From positions 286,628-350,627 of the forward strand of contig QPMI01000601.1 of assembly GCA_004431415.1 (NCBI GenBank): a DNA stretch of 64,000 bases. Reading direction: 5' to 3'. The notes beneath the pieces were generated by a model, which saw only the letters and a program-made list of their open reading frames with translations, had not been told where the DNA came from and searched no databases. A program made the position numbers and the translations under genes. This DNA comes from Cyanophora paradoxa CCMP329 (Eukaryota > Plantae > Glaucophyta). Positions 23,701 to 35,131 of this stretch are shown piece after piece. Each line of letters opens with the position of its first letter. Within the stretch, counting starts at the first letter, position 1.

Positions 23701-24053
23701 TCCGAGATGGCGCTCAGCGGCACCTGCCGCTCCCCCCGCGCCGTCCGGATCTGCAGCTGCAGCCGCGAGCGCACGCCCCGCTCCACCATGTAGTCCCGGT
23801 CGAGGGCGGAGCAGCCCGTCACCTCTCCGATCTCGCAGCGCAGCCCGAAGACCATCCGAACGCCGCACTTCGGCACCGAGCACGCGAAGAGCGCCTGGGC
23901 GTCGCGTGGCGTTCAAAATCGGCCACTGGATGGGACCGGGGGTGGCTGAGCTCGCATGCACACCTGGCTCTCGATCAGCAAAGGAACGAGCTCCGCCTTG
24001 AGGACGATTACAGCCCGCAGTTCCGATGCCAGCTGGGAGCTGACGACCGCCAT
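20746..24053 (-). CDS. Plus3-domain protein with a long low-complexity region and helical C-terminus (spliced)
   Basis: MAVVSSQLASELRAVIVLKAELVPLLIESQ|ALFACSVPKCGVRMVFGLRCEIGEVTG...DYMVERGVRSRLQLQIRTARGERQVPLSAISDDSPSSGEIDEW aligns by eye with the RTF1-type Plus3 pattern (GCFVRI..YRVAEI..Y....TNKxLxL.....F....VSNxxFTxxEFxxW). Confidence 0.6.
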
Positions 24054-24398
24054 GACCACGCTCGAATGCCGGGCGGCGCGTCTACCTTTCTTTCAGCACG
24101 ATTTCGAGTCACGCGCGCTCGATTCTCGAAGTGCAGAGGCTCGTCCGGCTCGGCGGGCCAGCTGGCGTCCCTCTCCGAGCTAGCCACGGGCGTTCGGGTA
24201 CCTCGGATGAGCTTCCAGGCGGAATTGCAAGGCTGGGGATCGGCCGGGTCGGCCGCGCCGCCCTCCAACTGCCGGGTACAGAGCCTAACAGGGCTGTTCG
24301 GGGAGTACAGCACTGCGGCAGGCTCGTCGGACCAAGCACCCCGGCCCCAACCCCCCAGCTGCAGCCTAGTTCGTTTCTTTGAATCCCGTTCCTTGCAC

Positions 24399-24946
24399 GA
24401 TGTTTCTCCAGAATTTCATCAACTCCACTGCTGGCGGGCTCGACGCCATTGCCAAGAATGGAGGTCCGTCAGAGTACACGCCGGAGGCCGCGGCGGCGGA
24501 CAGCAGCTATTTCAGCAGCTATTTCGGTGGCAGCTATTTCCTGCCGGTATTCGCCTCGAACCCCTTAAGCTAGTCGCTTTAACGGCTTCGGTTTTTCATT
24601 ACGGCGTTCCGATCGCAGTCTGGCGGCGGCCGCGTCTTCAACAAGCACATGGAGCTCACTCGCTCGAACGCCAGCCAGGTACTTTGGCTGCTGGCTTCGT
24701 CTCCTCCTTGGTCACGCACGCGTACGCGTACGGCAGGTCGACGACACGAGCCAGGCGGTGGACGACGGCGACGCGGTCCTGCCCGACGGTCTCTTCGTGG
24801 AGGGCAACGCGGAGCTCCTCGAGTTCGACGCCGACGAGCTCCTCCAGGCCGAGGTGCACTTCATTTCATGCGAGGGAGCGTGTGCGTTTGCGTGCGTGAC
24901 GCGGGCCGCAACGCAGGCCGTCCAGTCCTTCGACCAGGAGCTGTAG
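24399..24946 (+). CDS. Small acidic hypothetical protein, four exons (start uncertain)
   Basis: Three GT-AG introns join MFLQNFINSTAGG...SYFLP|SGGGRVFNKHMELTRSNASQ|VDDTSQAVDDGDAVLPDGLFVEGNAELLEFDADELLQAE|AVQSFDQEL* in frame. Confidence 0.6.
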
Positions 24947-25424
24947 GCAGAACTTCGGAACGCTTGGCGCTGCCGAGCGCGATCGCCAGCCAGCTTCTAG
25001 ATAGGATGGTATGTATCTTATAAAACTTATTGACTGTTATTGCGGTTATGGCGAGCCTCGGAGCTCGAGGGCGCTCGGGTTCCGCCCCGCCCCCGGCGGA
25101 CCTTGAGCTTCCCGATATACATCGATTGCTGGCCCTTTTCAACCGAGGCCCTGAGGCTGAGGATCGCGCGCGTATATACGTACGCGTGCACTCCCGGCCC
25201 GACGCCGACCCCGTGGGCCGGCTCTATATAGCTAGCTACCGGCCTGCAGCTGGCACGTTCCGATCCCTTCAGAGATGCGAGACAAAAGCCGAACATCGTT
25301 CACTTGAGTGCACTTTATTACCATACATATTCATTATAATTATAACTAGCTCTGATTAAGTAGGAACTTCACATGCATGCAATGCAAATGAGTCGTAAAC
25401 TAAACTTCCTGAACTGATGAATGA

Positions 25425-27100
25425 TCAGCGGTTGCCGGACTTCGTGCACAGACACTTGAGCTTCCAGTGCTGGAAAAAGGCGGCTTCGGGGGCCTTCCAG
25501 ATCCACGCCCCAGTGAGCGTCCACGACCCCGATCGCTCCGACGTGTACTGCCGGAACAGCGTGAGCTCGAGGCGGGGCGGAGGAATGTTCGCAGGGCGCG
25601 GACGACGAGGTCGTAGGGCGTGGCGAGAGCGAGGTCGGTCCCGGCGAGACTCGGCGTCCGGAGCACGGCGGCGTCGGCGCGGAGGGTGAGGTTGGCGACC
25701 GCGAGGCCGCCGATGGTGACGGAGGCCGTCGCGTCGCCGGCGATGAAGCCCGTCCCCGTGACGGTGATCGTGGAGCCCTCAGCGGGGCCGTGGCTGGCGG
25801 GGAGGATGGCTCCCATAAAGATCGCTGCCGCCGGCGGGTCGGGCTCTTCGTCGAAGCGGGGAAGGGGGCGGGGGGGGGGGGGGGAGGGAGGGGGGGAAGG
25901 AGGGGGGGGGGCGAAGAGGGGGCAGGGCGGAGGGGGAAGGTAGGCGCGCACGCTCATTGATGGTGTAGGCGGCGCTGATGCGGGAGGGCCCGTGCGTGGC
26001 GGAGCGGAGGGCCACCTCGCCCAGGCCCCGCTGCTCCCCGTTCGGCACCCTGAGCACGACCGCCGAGCGGTCGGCCGAGACGGAGACGACGGCAGCCGCG
26101 CCGTAGGCCCGCCCCACGACCGTCGTGTCGGCGCCCCCCGCGAGGTCCGAAGCGTTCCGAAGCAGGTCGTCCCCCACAATCGTGATCCGGTTCGCTGCGG
26201 AGGTTCGATCCGTAAGGCGCCGCCCACGCATGGAGGCGCGCGTCCCGCACTCACAGCCGTACGAAGGCCCGTTCGAGAGCGTCACAGACGCGATGCGCGC
26301 GTCTGCGTTGCTCGTCGGCGGGGGGCGGTGACCGAGCAGTGGGCGTCGCACTGCAGGCCTTGATGTTCAGAATGCCGGTGAAATCGCAGTCTGCAGCCAG
26401 GTTTGATGTCTTGCAGAGCACGCGCCAGTAGACCGTCGTGTCGGGCGCGCCCGCACAGCGCCTGCCGCGCTTCAGCGGCTTCCGCGGCACTGCCGCGGCG
26501 GCGCACGTGATGTTCGCGCGGCCGGACGTGAAGGAGGAGGGTAAGGCGGTCGGAGGCGCCAGGACTTGCGACTGGTCCGTCATGTCCACGAAGCTGCGCG
26601 GAGGCGCTCGTCAGCCATCCGCTCGAACCCGGCCCTTAAGCTTCGCCCCGCCCCGCGCACGTAGTGCCGTCCAGGCTCGTCTGCAGCGAGAATCGATCAA
26701 ATCTGTTCGTTGAAATCGTGTCATCTTTGTCCGTGACCGTCAGCCACGCGTACCAGCCTGCGAAATCGCATAAGCTATGTATGTTAAGCGATCTGAGGGC
26801 CACAGCGCGCCGCCAGTGAGCGGGTACTGGTACTGGATGTAGTCGTTTGGTGTGATAGTGCCGGCACTGACGGTGAAGGTCTGCGAGGGAACCAGTGGGG
26901 TGCTGACCACGACGTTGGCCGCCGTGACTGCATAGACGTAGATTCAGCGGCACACGAACTTGAGCCGCTGAGCTGGAGAACTTCGCGCACCTCGCATAGA
27001 GAGAGATGTCAGACAGGCCATGATCATGACCAGCTGCAGCCGGGCCCATGGCCATGGCCACATGAACACGCACTGGACGCCACGATTCAGCAACATTGCA
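25425..27100 (-). pseudogene. IPT/TIG (Ig-like) domain surface-type protein, apparently frameshifted or fragmentary
   Basis: IPT-like segments IASVTLSNGPSYG..NRITIVGDDL and ILPASHGPAEGSTITVTGTGF..ASVTIGG; reading-frame breaks without room for an intron near 26943 and in the G6 run at 26320-26325; no clear start codon. Confidence 0.5.
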
Positions 27101-27376
27101 ATTGATCGAGGGCCGCGGATTAACGTAGTCACTTCAGCGGCAACTGTAACTTAGTAACTGCCGCCAGCCGCCGGGCACAGCCGAATCGAAGTTGAAAATG
27201 CCGTACCCGTCCAAGGCGGCCTCCTCCCCCGCCCCGACCGACCTCGATCATGGCAACGTTAACGGACCTTCCATGTTCCATTCGCGATATCGAATGGTTT
27301 CGTGCTACGGTATTCTTTGAGCACTCTATCTACCCTGCCTAACAGTGCTACCACGATGGTCGAGGACCCGCTGCCC

Positions 27377-30300
27377 TCAGAAGGAGTCGTCGAGGGCGAA
27401 GTCAGCGTCGTCGTCCCCCCACGCCCCCGCGGCCCCGGCCGCGGCCGGCGCCGGCGCCGAGGGCGGAGCCGCTGGCGGGGCCTGGAACGTCCCGGGGGCG
27501 AAGGGGATGTCAGGAAGGGGCCGGGGCGCGGCCGCCGGCGCGGGGGGGCGCAGGCCGCCCGCTCCCGGGGCCCAGAGTTTGAAGGGCGCGGGCGCCGGGC
27601 GGGCCTCCTCGAATTCGGAGGCGGGCGCTCCGCCGTGCGAGGACGGCGTTTCCTCGTGGTTCGCGGGCTCGGCGGCGCCCTCCGCCGCCGTCTCCTCCTC
27701 GTCGCCCCCCGCCCCGCGGTCCCAGTCGCCCTCCCACTTCTCCTCGCCCTTCGCCGCCGCGTCCTCCTCCCCGCCCTCCTCACCCTCCCCTTCCTCCTGC
27801 TCCTCCTCCTCCTCCCGCGCCCGCTTCCGCCGCTCCATCTCCGCCGCCGCGATCGCCTCCAGCTCCTCGTCGTCCAGGCCCGTTCCCCCATCCGGATCGT
27901 CCCCCTCCCCCCGCCCCGCCTCCTCGCTGGCGGGGCCTGCCTGCTCGCCCCGCCTCCCGATCAGCGCAATCCGCCCGACGGAAGAGGCCCGGGCCGGGGG
28001 CGCTCGCACCTCGGGCTCGTACTCCGCCTCCGCCTGCGCCTCCGTCTCGGCCTCGGGTTCCGCTTCTGCTTTCCCGAGGCCTTGGTTGTGCCACTCCGGC
28101 GCGCGCGGTGCGGACGGGGCGCCGCCGTTGGAGGACAGGGCCGGCGGCTGCACCGGTCGCCGCGCCCACGGGGCGAGCGTCGGGCCGCGGGCCTCTGGCG
28201 GAGCTGGCGCCGGTGCGGGCGGGGCGGGCGGCGGCGCCAGCGGGGCGGACGGGCCCCCCCCCGCGGACGCCGACGAGTGCGCCGGGACGAGGCCAGGGCC
28301 CATCAGGTCTTCCAGCCTCCGGTAGCCCCCCTGGCACTCTGCCGCGGGGACGCTGTTAGCAAAGGGCGCGGAGAGGAGGAGGGAGAGGGTACGCGGACCT
28401 CGGGCGTCGCGGAGGATCTCCCGCCAGTAGGGGAGCTCGGAGAGGACGGGGTACGACCCCAGCACGATCAGGTGCCTGTACCCGGCCTTGAGCGCGGGGG
28501 AGGGGAAGGGAGGCGGGCGGGCGGGGCGGGGCGCACCGCCTCGCGCGGGTGATGGTGACGTTGACGCGCCGGGGGCAGCACATGAAGTCGGTGCCCTTGC
28601 TCGTCCGCGTGCACGCCACGATGATCACGTCTGAGGGGTACGGCGTCAGGGGCGGCGGCGGCGGCGGGGGGCGCGGCGGGGGGCGCGCCCTTCTCCGCCC
28701 CCTGGAAGGCGTCGACGGTCGAGATCTGCGCCCCGAAGGTCGGCGCGAGAAGCGGGGAAAGAGGGGGGAGGGGGGGGGTACTGTGCACCTGGGGGACCTC
28801 CTGCGCCGTCGCGCGGCCGCCGCTCGGCCGGCCGCCGCCGCCGTACCCCCCCGCCGCGCCCGGTCCCCCGAGGCGCTCCGTAATGAGGGCCGCCTGCGCC
28901 TTGTCTGCAGTACCCCGTGAGATCGAGCGGCGGTGGGGGGCGGGGCGGGAGGGGGATACGCTCACAGAGGCAGACGACGCCGACCTGGGAGGGCCGCACG
29001 CCTGCCCGCTCGAGGAGCCCGACTGCGTGCAGCACCGCGTCCGCCTCCGCCCTGTTCACGAACGACCCGCCCCGCCGCTCCTCCTGCCGCGAAGGTGAGC
29101 CCGGGGGGGGAGGGGGGGGGGAGCGGGTCCGGGGTACGCGCGCCTGGGTAACCTGGGAGTCGAAGGCGAGGAGGGGCGGGACGCCGGGGGCGAGGGGCGG
29201 GCGGTCGGCGGGCGTGACTCCGTCCCGCAGGCGCCCGCCGTAGAAGAGGCGGCTCGACAGCGCGCTGAACGCCGGGTGGCACTGCACCCGCCCGCTCAGC
29301 GCTCGGACCCCTCTCCCCGTCCCCGCGGTCCCTTCCCGGCGCACCCGGTACTGCGTCGCCAGGAGGACGGGCCGGAGCCCCGCGCGGCTCAGCCGCACGA
29401 ACATCGTCTTGGCGAGGCCGGGGGGAGCGTCTGGCGGGCCGGCCCCGCGCTTGGCGGTGCGAGAGGGAGGGGGCGGAGAAGCGGGGGTACCCTCTTTAGA
29501 GGCTTCGTCGCGGACGGAGACGAGCTGCGGCGGCAGCTGCTTCGGATCCCCCACCAGCAGCTGCCGTACCTCTGAGCCCCGGGGGGGGGGGGGGGGGCAA
29601 CGCGGGGGTACGGGGCGGACCAGGCGCCTGGCGTGGAAGCGAGCCATGGGGAGCAGCGAGGCCGGCTCCGTGATCTGACGGGGGATGAGGGGGAGGGGGA
29701 AGAGGGCGAGGAGGGTAAGCGTGCCTGTGAGCACTCGTCAAGAATGACGACGTCAAACATGCGGCTGCTGCGCTTCTCCTTCTCCTTCTCCTGGCCGCCG
29801 TCCTTGTCCTTGTCCTTGTCCTTGGTCTCCTTGCCGAAGACGCTGTTGAGACACGAGTGGCACGTGACGCCGACGACCTATCTCCCCCGGTCGGCGCGGG
29901 GAGGGGCCTGGGGGGAGCGACGGGGGCCGCACGGGGGCCTTGTTCAGGCGCTCGCTGCGGCTCTTGAGGCGCCCGTCCTTCGCCTCCTGCGCGCGGCGTG
30001 GGCGCGCGGCCGGCGGAAGTGCCCCCTGCCGGAGCCGAACCGCGAGCTGCCCCTGCAGGATGGCCCGGTCCGCCTCGCTGGCCGCCCCCTTCAGCTCCAG
30101 CTCCAGCTCCCGGATCGACTCTACTCCGCTCCCCCGGGTCAGCCGGGGGCGGGGGTACATAGGCGGGGGAGAGGCGGGGGTTCACCTTTGATAGAGCGCT
30201 CGTCCCCCCCGACAGTCGTGAAAGGAAGCACGGGGCGCGCGATCTTCCGGACCGACTAGCGGGCCCAAGCTCAGGCGAGGGGGGTACGAGCAACGGCGCG

Positions 30301-33300
30301 CGGAAGCCGCACCCCGACGCGCATGAAGTCCTTGTACCCCATCCGGTCGAGGTTCATGAGCACGTTGTCCACTGCACCCAAGCGTCGGCGGCGTGTCGGG
30401 GAGAGCCGCGTACCCCCCGCGCACCGGCGACGTTGGTGTTGGAGGCGACGAGGACGCGGAGCGGGGGTACGCTCCGCCGGGCCCGCTTCATCGCCGCCTC
30501 GCTCGCCCGCGCGAGGAAGATGCACACCGCCGCCAGCAGGTGGCTTCGAGAAGGCGAGGGGAGCGTCGGGGGTACGAGAAATGATGGGTAGGGGGCGGCA
30601 GGACCTCTTTCCGGCGCCGAAGACGCCGTGGACGAGGAGGGCGGGGCCGGCGCGGCCGTCGCGGCAGTCGCGCCCGTCCTCGTCGCGCCCCTCGTCGCCC
30701 CAGACCCGCTCCGCCTCGGGGCTCGCCGGCGCAATCCACTCGGAGACGAGCCGCAGCACCCTGCGGCGCGGGGCGGCCCGTCGGACCCCGCCGGGGGCGA
30801 GGCGGAGCGGGGCGGGGCGGGTGTGCGCGTACCGCCTCTGGTCGGCGTTGAGGCCGAACTCGGCAGCGACGCCCGAGGCCATCCGGGCGATCTCCAGGGG
30901 CGGCACCTGCGCGGCGGCGCCCGCTCGGCGAGGGCGGGGGAGGGGAGAAGCGGGGGGTACGGCGCGCCTTGAGGAACGCGTCGTCGAGGGGCGGCAGATC
31001 GGGGGCCCCCGCCGGGTTCACGAGGGCGGGGAGCACGGGGAGGGAGCTCGGCAGGACGCTCTCGGCGAGGTTGTCTGCACCCGGGGCTCGCGGGTGCGGC
31101 GGCTCGGAACGGGGACGGGGGCACGCACCGGCGAGGGCGAGCTCGTGGCAGCCGGAGAGGGCGCGGAAGGCGTACACGGTGACGCCCCGGGCCAGGTCGT
31201 TGCGCGTGAAGTCGGGCCACTCCCCCACCATGCTCACCTGAGGGCCCCGGGGGCTCGGGGGTACGACAAGAGACGTGCGGGCGGGGGGGCGGGCGGGGGG
31301 CGGACCTCGACCTTCCCCTCGCGGGGGCCGCCGTTCATGCTGGACCTGCGGCGGGGTGCCCGCGCGGCCCGCGTGTGGGGCGGGGGGGCAGCACGGGGCG
31401 GCGGGGCGCGCACCTGGCGAAGATCGTGAAGCTCTGCTTCGTGTTGGCGGGGGCCCTGCCCGGCCCCGCCGCCAGCAGCTCCAGCGAGGGCCGCGTGGAG
31501 ATGACCCACAGGTCCTCCTTCATGTACCTGAGCGCCCGTCAGGGCGCGGCGGAAGGGGGCAGAGGGGGGCGCACTCGGAGGCCGGCCCGATGTGCTCGTT
31601 CGAGATCAGCAGGATCGCGCCGGAGACGTGCGTGCCGCCGGCTGCCGCGGGCTCAGGCGCGGCGGCGGGGACGAGACGGTGCCCCCGCGAACCGAACTGC
31701 GGGCTCCTCTCGTGGGCCCACGGCGGCCTGTGGCTCCGGTGTCGGCGGGCGGGGCGGAGGGCGAGGGGCGGCGGGGGCGGCGGGCACAGCAGCCTGCAGG
31801 AGGGGTAGTATCGGATGCCTCCCTTCTTGTAGCACGCGTCCCGAATCGCCTCCGCGTTGGGCAGCAGTCTGATTCGGGGGGTCGTTCGGAGGCGAGGGAA
31901 GGCCCCCTCTCTCCGGGGTGCCGCACCTGTGGAGGCCCTGCTGCGGCCCGCGCTGCGCCTCCTGCTCCGCCTGCTCGTACCCCGCCCAGAACTTCTCCGC
32001 CGCCTGCGGGCGCCGGTCCCTGGTGAGGGCGCAGTGGCGACGGGAAGGGCGAGCCGGACGCGCCTCGCGGAGCTGCGCCTCGATCTCGCGCTGCGTGGCG
32101 TCGAAGAGGGCCTTGCGGTACCCGTCGATGCTGGGGTACGTGTCGCTAAGCGGCTTCTCCTTCTCGTTATCCTTGCCGGAGTCGGGGGAAGAGGCGCGGC
32201 GGCGGCACTCGTCGCGCGTTGGGAAGCGAAGGCCGAGGCGGAAGGGGGCGGCGGGCTTCGGCGCGGAGGCCCCCGCCGAGGAAGACGAGGACGCGGGGAA
32301 GCCCGAGGGAGCGGAGGGGGCGCCCGGGGGCGGCGCGCGGGCCCCCCACGGGGCGGCGGCGGCGGGCTGCGGCGGCTTGAAGGAGCCCATGCCCGCCCAC
32401 GGGCTGCGCGCGCGTGAGCGGCGCGACCCGCCCGCGGCGCGCGGGGCGGGGCCGCGCACTTCGAGGCGGGCGCTGGGGCCGGCTTGTCGGGGCCTCGGAG
32501 GCCCAGCGCGGCCCCAGCCCGGCGCGCCGGCAGAGGCGGCCGGGGCCGGCGCCGGCTGCCTGGGCTGCTGCGCCCGCTGGGCCCACCCCGAGAAGCCCGG
32601 GTCGCCCGACAGCACCGCCTCCTGCGCCCGCCTGCGCTGCTCCCGCGCCTCCCTCACCGACTCCTGCTCCTCCTCCTCCTCCTCCTCCTCATCGCGCTCC
32701 TCGCCCTGCACCTCGAACGAGACGCGGGTCTGCTTGGGCGTGGGCGCGGCGTCCGCCTGGCCCTCGGGCTCCCTCCGCTTGAGGATCCCGGGCGGCCGGA
32801 ACTCCTGCTTGACGCGCTGCAAGCTGCTCAGCGCGCGAAGGCCCGCGAGCGGGCGCGGGCAGGCGGGCGGGGCGGGCACCGGGGCGAGGGTGACGGCGGG
32901 CGGCTGGGGGCGCTCGGGGACGCCGTCCTCGGAGTCGATGCGGATGAGGAACTGCTCGGACTCGATCTGCTCGTCGACCTCCACCTCGGCGCCGGCGTCC
33001 ACGAAGAAGACCTCCACGACCTTCCCCCGCTCGTCCTTGAGCGTCGCCTGCGGCGCCGCCGCCCCGCGCGCCCGCAGCTGCAGCGCCCCGTCGATCCACT
33101 TCTTCGTCTTCTGCGTCTTCTGCTTCGTGTACTGCACGACGAAGCTTCTTTCCAGGACAGCGGGGGCCCGCCGCTCGACCGCCTGCGCCACCGGAGCGGG
33201 CGCCCGCGCGGCAGCTGCAGACGTCCCCGCGGGGCTCGCCGCAGGTGGCTTCCGACGCTGCAGACCCACGCCCCGGGCCCTCATCGGCGCGTGAGGCGGG

Positions 33301-33747
33301 CCTGGGGGCGGCTGCGAGCGCATGCGCGTCAGCAGGGCGCCGATGCAGATCAATTCTGGGTGCGCACCAACGTCGGAGCCGCGCGTGCGGTAGAACCGAG
33401 TTGCGTGCTCGAAAACTCTTGCGAGTTTCCACCGCCCTGCTCGATTCGGTCGCCGAGTCGAATGGAGTACCGCTCAAAAATGTCGTCGTAGCGCTCATCG
33501 GGCGTGAGCTCGCCCGTGTGGCGAAGGTTGGTGTCAAGCGGAGGTCCGTTCTTCTGCGCTCCGTCGTGCAGCGTGACCTGCACGCGCCCGCCCGTCAGCT
33601 GCAAGCTGCAGCGCGGCGAGCGGCAGCGGCGAGCGAGGTGCGTGCCTTGTTGCCGCAGCGCTTGACGATGCCGTCGATCCATTTGGGGTTCTTCGAAAAT
33701 TTGTTTCGCGAGTACTCCGCTGCATAGCGCTGCTCCTCAGCCGCCAT
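27377..33747 (-). CDS. ZGRF1: ZGRF1-like 5'-3' SF1 (UPF1/DNA2-NAM7-type) helicase with two N-terminal DUF2439 domains (spliced)
   Basis: DUF2439-like YAAEYSRNKFSKNPKWIDGIV and FVVQYTKQKTQKTKKWIDGAL..LKDERGK..ESEQFLIRI; helicase motifs VHGVFGAGKS, VLVASNTNVA|VDN, VVILDECSQ|ITEP, LVGDPKQLPP, TQYR|CH, ISTVDAFQGAEK, RRVNVTITRAR. Confidence 0.88.
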
Positions 33748-35131
33748 CGCTCGACGCGTGCGCCGCAGCACTCGTGCGCTACGACTGGAATGCGCCGTGC
33801 ATACGCCAACGCCGAAGCTTCGAGTGCTCGGCGCTAGCAGCGCCGCTTTCGCCTTCCTGAGCCGCTTTTCGTTTCTAGCCCGGCTGGTTTGAAAAACTCG
33901 CGCTACCCCCCGGCCCCAGCTTCTGAGCTTCGCATCCGCTACCGCTCTGCCGTGTACAATAGACTCATCTGCATCTGAGAGCTGAGAGCTAGGCCGTGGC
34001 CGGCGGCCTTGGTGGGCGGGATCAAATGTTGAAAACTTCGCTCGACGCGTACGCGCGCGTACGCGGCCCGCGCTGCGCATGCCAGCTGCAGGCCCGGCGG
34101 CTCAGCTATACCACGAGTCCCGGTTTCGTAATCAGAGTGCGAGGCTCGACGCGCTAGCGCTTGCTCAACCTTGCTTCCCAATTCCGAAACCTCGCTGCCC
34201 CCGGCACTAAGCTCCCGCTGAGCTCACGTTTCGAGAACCGCCTCTAGATGCTTCCCCCGGGACGAACGCCAGAGATGAAGTGCGTTGCCCTGACCAGGCC
34301 AAGGTGGCGCGGCACCGCTGTGAAAGCTGCTCTCCGGCGCCCACCCGGATGGAGCGCATCGTAGTGGCGAGGCCGCGCAACCGAATGAAGACTAGAGTGT
34401 GTTGCTTCAAGTATGCTACCTAGGAAACGTTGACTCGCTGGCCTACTCTGCGTTCAGCTCTGATGGACGACGAGGTGGAAGAAGCGAAGAGGACGGCGCG
34501 GGACGTGTGCGCGGGGGAGAGAACTGCCAAGATGGAGGCACATAGACACGCTCCTACAAGCTCCTGATGGCGTGCTCCGGGGCATGGAGCTGGAGATGAG
34601 CATTCGCGAGAGCGGAGGCTGTGGCTGCCACGGCGACCGGCGATCGGACGGCGTGTCAGCACTCCGCAACTGCTGAGGCGATCATCGCGCCTCGAACTGG
34701 ATGACTGCAGAGACACGGGGGCCCATCAGGAGAGGTTGCGCAGGGCGGCGCCAAAGCGGTCAGAGGGGCGGGCTTTGCGCACTACGTGTCGTCCGCTTCT
34801 TGTAGAGAATACGATAGCCGCAGTCGCGGCACCGAATTGCCTCCTTAGGCTTGATCTCGTTCTCCGCGCCGCAGTCGCCGCAGATATACTTCATCGCCTC
34901 CGCTCTGTGCAACTACGGCGTAACTAGGCGCACAGGACGGCTGCTTTGAGAAACCGAGTCCGACTGCCGGGTACAGCCGCAAGTGGCCTTCGTTCCGAGG
35001 AACTCGCTGGCGGCGCGTCGAAGGCGCCGTGTGGAAGGTCCAGAAGCGATTGCACGAAGGCCTATCGCTCAGTGTATCAGAGTTCCGGGCCAGGCCAGCT
35101 TCGGCTGGCACAGCTGGCATACGGAGCAGCG

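Noticed and set aside
22113-24899. 928-aa + strand ORF and the many other long Arg/Gly/Pro/Ala-rich ORFs in the track
   Set aside because: Stop codons are rare at this GC content; these ORFs overlap recognisable spliced genes on other frames or strands.
34079-34930. Possible small extra gene between ZGRF1 and MED23 (MDDEVEEAKRTARDVC...)
   Set aside because: Could not build a consistent spliced frame; no recognisable motif.
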